45,898 bases of DNA from Chitinophagaceae bacterium (lineage in GTDB: Bacteria; Bacteroidota; Bacteroidia; Chitinophagales; Chitinophagaceae). The notes beneath the pieces were generated by a model. The model saw nothing but the letters and a program-made list of their open reading frames with translations. It made no database searches and was not told the DNA's origin. Shown in pieces: positions 38,578-45,898 of the stretch (within the stretch, counting starts at the first letter, position 1; every line of letters begins with the position of its first letter). A program made the position numbers and the translations under genes. Location of the stretch: contig JBBJOK010000001.1 of NCBI GenBank assembly GCA_037721545.1, positions 1 to 45,898 on the forward strand, read 5' to 3'.

Positions 38578-39882
38578 ATGCAAAAGACTTTTTTGCTAAC
38601 GGCTTTCGTGTGCCTTTGGCTATCAACCATGGCTCAAATAAATAAAATAAAAACTCTATCAATAGGAGATACTTTGCCTAACATACCTATAATTTTTTCA
38701 AAGGCAAGCACATTAAAAACTTCCTTGACCAACAACCTGCAAAGAAAATTGATTGTTTTAGATTTCTGGAACATTTGGTGTGGTTCCTGTATTGCAGCCA
38801 TGCCTAAGATGAATGCTCTGCAAAAACAATTTGGAGATGAAGTTCAAGTGATTCTTATAACCAAAAACAACGCTGAAGAAGTGGATAACCTATTTGACAG
38901 GATTAAAGTCGCTAAACCAGATCTCCCAATGATTATAGGAGATACGATGTTTAACCTGCTATTTCCCCATGAAGGAGAACCTTTGCATGTTTGGATTGAT
39001 GAAAGCAAGGTTATTCGTCATATAACTGATGGCCACAATGCAACCTCTGAAAATTTTATACAATTTCTTAAACAGGTTCCATTAAAGTTGCCCTTAAGAT
39101 CAGAGTTAGTGAATTTTGATCCTTCCCGTTCATTGCTTGTAGAGGCTGCGGGAAGACTATCTTACAACGCAAAACAATATTCTCTCTTCTTAGATGGCTT
39201 AAGTAATTTAACTGGTTTGAATTATTGGAGTCTAACTAAAGATAGTTCTGAAAATTCCATATTATTCAAATGTATAAATCGCTCTGCATTGAGTCTTTTT
39301 GGGATGGCTTATAATAAAGAGCTTTATGGTTTTGACGTAAATCTTTTCGATAGAGATAGAAATAACCGAATTGTAAGCCCGCTCAGCTTACATCCTATAT
39401 ACGACAGCATTTTAGTGAATGAATGGAATGCCGAAAATCTTTATACTTATGAATTAAAGATGGAGAATGTTACAGAAGATCAGTTTTATGAAGCGATGCA
39501 AGAAGATCTTAAGAGATATCTGCCTTTCAAAGTTAAAATAGAAAGAAAAAAAACCAAATGTCTTGTATTGATAAAAAATGACAAAGTACTTATAAGAAAA
39601 ACAGTACATCCTAATTTACCATCTAAAGCCGAATTCACAAAAGAAGGTTTTTGTATGATCAATGCTTCTATTTCATCTTTGTTAAAACCTCTGCTTTATA
39701 TAAATCACATGATAGTCTTGCCAATTATAGATGAAACCCACTATGATGAATGTGTTGATATGTGTTTACCCTCTAAGCTTTTTGATTTGCCTAAGCTTAG
39801 AGAATCATTATATAATTATGGATTTGATTTAATAGAAGCAGAAAGAGAAATTAAAATGCTTGTTATAACACCCAGGGATTAG
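38578..39882 (+). CDS. TlpA-family thiol-disulfide oxidoreductase with C-terminal extension
   Basis: Signal peptide, LSIGD, VLDFWNIWCGSC; C-terminal MQEDL...IIDET...GFDL region of uncertain family. Confidence 0.82.
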   Translation: MQKTFLLTAFVCLWLSTMAQINKIKTLSIGDTLPNIPIIFSKASTLKTSLTNNLQRKLIVLDFWNIWCGSCIAAMPKMNALQKQFGDEVQVILITKNNAEEVDNLFDRIKVAKPDLPMIIGDTMFNLLFPHEGEPLHVWIDESKVIRHITDGHNATSENFIQFLKQVPLKLPLRSELVNFDPSRSLLVEAAGRLSYNAKQYSLFLDGLSNLTGLNYWSLTKDSSENSILFKCINRSALSLFGMAYNKELYGFDVNLFDRDRNNRIVSPLSLHPIYDSILVNEWNAENLYTYELKMENVTEDQFYEAMQEDLKRYLPFKVKIERKKTKCLVLIKNDKVLIRKTVHPNLPSKAEFTKEGFCMINASISSLLKPLLYINHMIVLPIIDETHYDECVDMCLPSKLFDLPKLRESLYNYGFDLIEAEREIKMLVITPRD

Positions 39883-39889
39883 GATTATT

Positions 39890-39922
39890 AAAAGGGTATG
39901 ACTTTTTTAGCCATACCCTTTT
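39890..39922. terminator. Bidirectional terminator between convergent genes
   Basis: AAAAGGGTATG / CATACCCTTTT perfect 11-bp stem. Confidence 0.8.
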
Positions 39923-39928
39923 CTCATT

Positions 39929-40216
39929 TTAAGGATTAGTTTTTTTCCTCTCCTCAGTAGGTGTATTACTCAAATCAGGTTGATTTGCATCACTCACCTG
40001 TGTTTCAATGAAAATTTCACAACGGTAAGAAGCTGTTGTGGAAGGGCATGACGGAGAAGACACTACAGTATAAAGTGAGGCATCCATTTCTTCACCTGGG
40101 TCACCGTCAAAACGAAACCATTTTTTTTCTACTGCGTTCGTAGGTGGTTTCAGTGTTGTATAACCACTACCAACAGCAAGTACAATTGCTAACATTGGAA
40201 TAAGAAACTTTTTCAT
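39929..40216 (-). CDS. Small secreted two-Cys protein (DUF6520-like)
   Basis: MKKFLIPMLAIVLAVGSG signal; WFRF...CPSTTASYRC. Confidence 0.75.
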   Translation of the reverse strand: MKKFLIPMLAIVLAVGSGYTTLKPPTNAVEKKWFRFDGDPGEEMDASLYTVVSSPSCPSTTASYRCEIFIETQVSDANQPDLSNTPTEERKKTNP

Positions 40217-40405
40217 AACTAAAAATTTAAGTTGATTAATTTGCCTACTCTGTTAAAGGTTTTCGGCTTCGCCTTTTTATTACGTAATTGAAAATCAGTA
40301 CCGATTTGCAGTATTAAACCACTTTGTAAAGTTTCGAAGAAAGATTGTAACTATCTAAAATAACGTATGGAGTAATGGTGCAAAAGTGAGGTGTAACGGC
40401 ATTAG

Positions 40406-41377
40406 CTATGCCTGGCTCTTTTTTAAAGATGTAACAGTATATCCAAAAAAGGCTTTAAACTCTTTCGGAAAATTTTGTGGTTTCATTCCTATCTCTATTG
40501 CAACAACTTTTAATGACTCTCCTTGCAAAAGTAATTGCCTTGCACGTTCCATTCTGGTTTGTCTGAGGAAGTGAAACATTCCAATTCCATACATTTTAGC
40601 AAATGCTTTTTTTAGCCATGACGAAGAGCAATATAGTTTTGAAGCAATTTCCTCAAGGGTTTGATGTTTTCTAATGTCTTTTGAAATAATTACATAGGCT
40701 TCTGTTGCCTTTTCTTTTTCAAGTGGGGTTAATAATTCTCGTGAACCTGATGAGTATGTTTGTGCGAGCAAGGTAAATAAAGTGCTTGTTAACCTTAACT
40801 CAATGTGTTTAACCTGCAGCTTTTTAATATACCTATCATGCCATATAGCATTAATTGCATCATGAGCTGTATATCTTGCTATCTTAGGTGGATACAAAAA
40901 ATGAATTGGCTTTTTTGAAGCTTTCTTTAAGTCTTTTTTGAAAGCAGGAAAAAAAGCGATAAGTTCATTATATATAGATGGAGAATAGTGTGTCTGCAAC
41001 AGAGAACATTTCTGATTTCCTTCTACTGTTAATTGACTTTCTAATTCAGCTGCATCAAAGAGTATAAACTCTTTTTCTTGGAGCTTAACACCTTTTAGTA
41101 GGCTTATCTTATGCTCGATATTTCCTTTCAGATTTAACAGTGACTGTATTCCTTGCCTGCTTTGACTAAGAGTAAAAGTTATAGTTTTTTCAAAAACAAA
41201 AAGATAATGCCGTAATAAATATTTTTCAGTTTCAATTTCTTGAATACAGATGGTGCCCCAGTGATCTATTGCATGAAAAGCTTTTGCTTCAGGCAAAAGG
41301 TATTGCGAGAGGGGTGAGGGAACTCCGTTTTCAAATTTTACAGGACCATAATTGTCTATTTGAAAATTTAATTTCAT
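40406..41377 (-). CDS. AraC-family transcriptional regulator
   Basis: C-terminal double HTH TLEEIASKL...LKKAFAKMYG...RMERARQLL...FKAFFGYT. Confidence 0.88.
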   Translation of the reverse strand: MKLNFQIDNYGPVKFENGVPSPLSQYLLPEAKAFHAIDHWGTICIQEIETEKYLLRHYLFVFEKTITFTLSQSRQGIQSLLNLKGNIEHKISLLKGVKLQEKEFILFDAAELESQLTVEGNQKCSLLQTHYSPSIYNELIAFFPAFKKDLKKASKKPIHFLYPPKIARYTAHDAINAIWHDRYIKKLQVKHIELRLTSTLFTLLAQTYSSGSRELLTPLEKEKATEAYVIISKDIRKHQTLEEIASKLYCSSSWLKKAFAKMYGIGMFHFLRQTRMERARQLLLQGESLKVVAIEIGMKPQNFPKEFKAFFGYTVTSLKKSQA

Positions 41378-41671
41378 TTGGAGTTTTAAAAATTAGTCAA
41401 AAGAATTGATAACATCAAATTTCGGCTTATAAAGTTTATTCTAAGTTTTAATTGATGATTTTTTACCATTGGCTAATACCCCTCTATTTTAATCCTTTAC
41501 CCCTTCATTCATAGTAAAGGAAATCAGCTATCTCGATTAATTTACAATCTAAGTATTAAAACCTGAGTTACCTATTTGATTTGTCAAAAAATTTTGCTGT
41601 GAGCAATGAAGAATAGATAGCTAAGAATGTAACAACAACAGGAATAAAAGTATAATGTAAAACTGTCAATT

Positions 41672-42244
41672 ATGATCAAAGCAACTATTGAGGATAAAAG
41701 GCTTGTAGTAGAAATACTTGCAGCTTCATTTGATGATAACAAAAGTGTAAATTATATTATCAAGCAAGGTTACAACAGAAAAGAAAGGTTAAGGAGGTTA
41801 ATGGAATACTCATTTAATGTTTGCTACCGCTTCGGTGAGGTTTTTTTATCGGATGAAAAAAATGCATGTGCCCTAGTGGTTTATCCTGATAAAAAAAAGA
41901 CTACCCTCAAATCCATATTACTTGATGCTAAACTAATTATTTCCTGTGTTGGATTGAAGAATATTAAAAAGACACTTGCAAGGGAATCTATGATAAAGAA
42001 GATTCAGCCAAAGGGAAGGATGAGTTATCTATGGTTTATAGGGGTTGATCCTGAATATCAAAATGAAGGAATAGGAAGCAATCTTCTCAGGGAAGTTATA
42101 CGGGATAGTGGACACAAGAAAAGGCCCATCTTTTTAGAGACTTCCACATTAAAAAATTTACCATGGTATCAAAAATTTGGATTTGAAATATACCATGAAC
42201 TTAATTTAAGCTACAAATTATTTTTCTTAAAAGGGAATGAATAA
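41672..42244 (+). CDS. GNAT-family N-acyltransferase
   Basis: YLWFIGVDPEYQNEGIGSNLL acyl-CoA motif, FLETS..NLPWYQKFGF. Confidence 0.9.
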   Translation: MIKATIEDKRLVVEILAASFDDNKSVNYIIKQGYNRKERLRRLMEYSFNVCYRFGEVFLSDEKNACALVVYPDKKKTTLKSILLDAKLIISCVGLKNIKKTLARESMIKKIQPKGRMSYLWFIGVDPEYQNEGIGSNLLREVIRDSGHKKRPIFLETSTLKNLPWYQKFGFEIYHELNLSYKLFFLKGNE

Positions 42245-42249
42245 AAATA

Positions 42250-44433
42250 ATGCTCGTATTTGGAACTCAAATGCATATTGTCACATTTCTTTTTGTGTGT
42301 ATAGAAATAGTGATTTTTTTCTATCTGGTAATATACAGGTTGGCAAGGCCTGATGATAGGAAAACATTTCTAAACATCATTTTAATTTCATTATTAATAG
42401 TATATAATATTACGGGTGGCTTATTTCCCGATCCTAATTTTCCAGGATCAATTTTTGCTCAGGTAGTAGTTGCTTATGCTACAGGGTTTATTACTCCTTG
42501 TTATTTTCCTTATTACGTTTATAAAGCTTTTGGATTAGAAAAGATGAGATTCCATGCTTATAAAGGAGTTTTTTTGTTCTTAATGTTACCATACTTTCTT
42601 TTTGTAATTGTATATGCTAAATCTAATAACCTAGACAATGCAAAAAATTTGCTTGTTCTACCCGTTCTGTATGCTATATGGGTCATTTATTCTCTCTACA
42701 AGTCTATTCAATATAAATACGGAAATAATTTCAGCAGTAAAGAATCTAAAGAAGAAGTAACCGTTCTTTTCTTAAGCATTACACCATGGATTGGCTTACC
42801 GTTTATTGCCTATTTCAATTTAGGCCAAGCTCAAGAAGCGCTAATAACAAATGGGGGATTTTTACTTTTACTTGCTTTGCATGTTAAAAGAAATATTATG
42901 CAAATCAGAGAAGAGCATCAGGGACTAATTGATTCCAAATTGCAACTTTTAGATTGGAATAAAAATCTACAAAAAGAAGTGAATAAGCGAACAAAAGAGC
43001 TCGAAAAGATAAATGAGCAAAAAACTAACACTTTTGTAAACCTTGCTCATGAAACCAAGACTCCACTTACATTAATAAATAATTATTTAGAAGAATATAT
43101 TAAAACAAAAGGAAGTTCAGAAGAGCTTACTATTGTTAAAAAGAATATCGACAAGTTATCTGCAGACATTGTCAATTTTTTTGATCTGGAAAAATTTAAT
43201 AAAGGTTTTGCCGTCTATAATCATAACCAGATTTCCAATTTTAGTGAAATTCTTAAAGACAGTATAGTGTTGTTTAGGGTTTATTCAATGAAAAGAAATA
43301 TTGATTTAAATGAAAATATTGAGAATAATATTTTAGTTAAGGCTGATCCAGTTTCCATTAACCGGATTATAAATAACCTTATTGAAAATGCTATTAAATT
43401 TTCTGATGATAACTGTGCAATAGAAATATCATTACAATGCATTGGAAAGAAAATATTTTTTTCTGTCAAGGATTGTGGTTACGGTATTCCTCCTGAAATG
43501 CATACAAAAATATTTGAACCGTATTATCAGATCACTAACCAAAAGAAAAGCATTCAGGGAATGGGATTAGGATTACCTATTGTAAAAAAAGTTGTACAGG
43601 ATATTACAGGCGAAATTAAAATTTCAAGTAATCCTCAAAAAGGTCACGGTACAAAAATCACAGTTATAGTAAGCAGTCATTCCTTAACAGATGATGAATT
43701 TGTCTCTTTTGTTGCGGCAACTAATATACATGAAACTGTAGCTCAGATAGATATGGAAGAAAGTAAGTATGATGAAAGAAAGCAAACTATTTTACTGGTA
43801 GAGGATAATATTTCAATGATAAATTATCTATTCAAAAAATTACAAGAAAAGTACAATGTATTTACCGCTGTAAATGGAAATGTGGCACTACAAAAAATGA
43901 AAAACAAAAAGATTCCAGATCTGATCATTTCAGATGTGATGATGGATGTACTTGATGGTTTTACATTAGCAAAGATCATTTCAGAAAATCCTCTGTATAA
44001 TCATATACCGTTTATATTTCTTTCAGCCAAATCGTCTAAAAATGACAAATTAAAGGGTTTGAAACTTGGTGCAATTGATTTCATACAAAAGCCTTTTTCC
44101 ATCCACGAGTTACTACAGAAAGTTGAATCAATATTAGCTTATACTGCAAAGCAAAGGCAATCACTGGTAGGTACTGCATTTAATTCGATAGCCCATGTTG
44201 AAAATATAAAATCTCAGGATGCTTCGGTAAAATTTGCGCAAAATTGTCAGTTTTATAATTTAACATCAAGGGAAAAAGATATTGTAAAACTTGTTCGCCA
44301 GGGATACACATACAATTCAATTGGCGAAGCATTATTTATTTCCGAACGAACTGTTACAAAACATGTTCAGAATATTTTTGAAAAATTTGACGTGTCAAAT
44401 AAAATTGAGCTAATCAATAAGCTCAATACCTGA
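42250..44433 (+). CDS. Membrane hybrid sensor: multi-TM + histidine kinase + receiver + LuxR HTH
   Basis: About seven hydrophobic segments; NLAHETKTPL, NLIENAIKF, GMGLGL, LLVEDN..ISDVMM..FIQKPF, LTSREKDI...ISERTVTKHVQNIFEK. Confidence 0.9.
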   Translation: MLVFGTQMHIVTFLFVCIEIVIFFYLVIYRLARPDDRKTFLNIILISLLIVYNITGGLFPDPNFPGSIFAQVVVAYATGFITPCYFPYYVYKAFGLEKMRFHAYKGVFLFLMLPYFLFVIVYAKSNNLDNAKNLLVLPVLYAIWVIYSLYKSIQYKYGNNFSSKESKEEVTVLFLSITPWIGLPFIAYFNLGQAQEALITNGGFLLLLALHVKRNIMQIREEHQGLIDSKLQLLDWNKNLQKEVNKRTKELEKINEQKTNTFVNLAHETKTPLTLINNYLEEYIKTKGSSEELTIVKKNIDKLSADIVNFFDLEKFNKGFAVYNHNQISNFSEILKDSIVLFRVYSMKRNIDLNENIENNILVKADPVSINRIINNLIENAIKFSDDNCAIEISLQCIGKKIFFSVKDCGYGIPPEMHTKIFEPYYQITNQKKSIQGMGLGLPIVKKVVQDITGEIKISSNPQKGHGTKITVIVSSHSLTDDEFVSFVAATNIHETVAQIDMEESKYDERKQTILLVEDNISMINYLFKKLQEKYNVFTAVNGNVALQKMKNKKIPDLIISDVMMDVLDGFTLAKIISENPLYNHIPFIFLSAKSSKNDKLKGLKLGAIDFIQKPFSIHELLQKVESILAYTAKQRQSLVGTAFNSIAHVENIKSQDASVKFAQNCQFYNLTSREKDIVKLVRQGYTYNSIGEALFISERTVTKHVQNIFEKFDVSNKIELINKLNT

Positions 44434-44562
44434 TTTCCAATATTAAATGGGCTGTTTCAACAAAAAATACGCATAAAGGCGTATGGAAATAGTATGTAAT
44501 GCGTATAGGTTTTGATTTAAAAGCTATCCAATTTTGTTAGCCTAAACACCTAACATCTAATT

Positions 44563-45723
44563 ATGCCTCTTGCCCTCGAAAACTGGAATGCACTCATTAA
44601 TACGACATTGCATCCTGCAAACGAAAACCTGTTATCACTCCCTGATGAATCCCTCCTGATCATAATTCAACATTCAAAAGACGAAGAGGACAGAGTTAGG
44701 ACATTATTCCTTGAAGGTATTTTAGAAAGACCAAAAGTCAAGGATAAACAACAATATGTAAAACTCACACAGGCAATGTTGATCCGCATGCTTGATAAAC
44801 TATATTTCTACAGCCAGAAAAGGGACATCAATAATAGCGTATTGCAACTGTATGATACGGTCAGCCACAACCTTGAAAATATGCTGGATTTCATTGAAGA
44901 TTTTTTTGGGAATTATTTTGACCATAATGAGAAAGTTCCAACTATTTATTTCCTTGTTTCGATTAAAGAATTATGCGGACAGCTTGAACTGTTTAAAAAA
45001 GCTGTGCAACAATCTACCGCTTCGGTTCACGATATTGGAAATATTCTTATCAATAACTTTAACAGTTTTTCCTCTGAAAATAAAACGTGCGCAACCTATA
45101 ATGAGCTGATCTATCAGAGAGAACTGTTGAATCAGTTATTAACTGATGATATACTTGCTTCAGAAAATTCAATAAAGGAAGTGCTCTTTTATTTTAATTA
45201 TAATGACGATGATTATATAGCATACCTATTTAAAAAATTAAATGCACTTACTCAATCCTTACAGAACAAAAAAGAAAAGATCGCCGCTTTACGCTTTGAG
45301 CAAAAGAATTTTAATCAATTACCTACAAGGCTTAACTGTCTCCTTTCATCGGGCATGCAGACGCTTAAAGAACAGATCAATCACTGGATAGAAGAAGAAA
45401 TAAAATTTTTAGAATTAGACCAACCTTATTTGAGTGAAAGTAATCCTGTCGTTTCACATGAGAAAGGGGATATATATGTTCATGTTCCATTCAAAGGTTC
45501 TGAAATTTATCTACTGCATAAATCTTTTCTGGATTCAGGTGGCGCAGCCGGTGAAACGTATAAGAGCCTTTTTGAAAAAACTGGCTCACATCTTACCAAT
45601 AAAAATCAAAAGGGATTCAGTACAGAAAGCCTGCAAAAGTGCAGTGATAAAGTTGATTATGAAGCAATGGAAAATGTAAAGCGTTTTTTGCAAAAGATGA
45701 TCCGCAATATTGATAGTTATTAA
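44563..45723 (+). CDS. Hypothetical helical protein, possible RteC-like ICE regulator
   Basis: Clean 386-aa ORF; the RteC-like label rests on position after the sensor and is not motif-proven. Confidence 0.55.
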   Translation: MPLALENWNALINTTLHPANENLLSLPDESLLIIIQHSKDEEDRVRTLFLEGILERPKVKDKQQYVKLTQAMLIRMLDKLYFYSQKRDINNSVLQLYDTVSHNLENMLDFIEDFFGNYFDHNEKVPTIYFLVSIKELCGQLELFKKAVQQSTASVHDIGNILINNFNSFSSENKTCATYNELIYQRELLNQLLTDDILASENSIKEVLFYFNYNDDDYIAYLFKKLNALTQSLQNKKEKIAALRFEQKNFNQLPTRLNCLLSSGMQTLKEQINHWIEEEIKFLELDQPYLSESNPVVSHEKGDIYVHVPFKGSEIYLLHKSFLDSGGAAGETYKSLFEKTGSHLTNKNQKGFSTESLQKCSDKVDYEAMENVKRFLQKMIRNIDSY

Positions 45724-45811
45724 TGTGCGGAATTCACCTTCGGTTCACCTGGCTTCACCCGGATGGCTTATACAGCGATGTAATTTGCAATAGAATTAAA
45801 ATAGTAAGCCA

Positions 45812-45898
45812 ATGTTTACAAATATTAGCTGGAAAGATTACACATTATTTATTGCCGCTGCCCTTTTCCTTTATTATACATGGCTGTTTTTTATTTTT
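45812..45898 (+). CDS. Partial membrane-anchored protein, runs off the window
   Basis: MFTNISWKDYTLFIAAALFLYYTWLFFIF, open to the window end. Confidence 0.55.
   Translation, partial: MFTNISWKDYTLFIAAALFLYYTWLFFIF

Noticed and set aside
27249-45679. Short ORFs nested in the S8, Thoeris, sigma, fecR, susC, susD, araC, sensor and last genes
   Set aside because: Fully overlap strongly supported CDSs and lack motifs.
1-45898. CRISPR array, tRNA, rRNA, integrase or relaxase
   Set aside because: No regularly spaced repeat-spacer array, cloverleaf or rRNA-like tract, and no recombinase or relaxase ORF seen, so the ICE assignment remains contextual.

Overview
AT-rich accessory region of a Bacteroidota genome. 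SusC/SusD, a T9SS C-terminal domain and TAnnTTTG promoters support the phylum; Chitinophagaceae/Sphingobacteriaceae-like is an inference. It looks like the cargo arm of an integrative conjugative element, but no integrase or relaxase is in view. Left to right: (1) a defence block with an MmeI-like type IIL R-M enzyme coupled to a PD-(D/E)xK-like protein, then a hairpin-flanked five-gene operon (Xre HTH, MORC/GHKL ATPase-histidine kinase fusion, receiver protein, His-rich unknown, N6-adenine MTase); (2) an IS110 relic; (3) a peptide island with a LanB dehydratase and no LanC, a LytS/LytTR pair, a Thr-rich TDPTT precursor-like peptide, three paralogous secreted C-x7-C peptides, a propeller lipoprotein, a CxxC lipoprotein, an extra signal peptidase I, an outer-membrane barrel, TlpA and a T9SS S8 protease, plus a duplicated promoter with exactly conserved spacing; (4) type I Thoeris; (5) a long nested hairpin, then ECF-FecR-SusC-SusD-TlpA facing a small secreted Cys protein and AraC; (6) GNAT, a membrane hybrid kinase with LuxR output and an RteC-like candidate. 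The best candidates for undescribed systems are the peptide island, the MORC-kinase/MTase cassette and the GNAT-sensor switch. No rRNA, tRNA or CRISPR array was seen. All family calls come from motif recognition by eye, without database searches.
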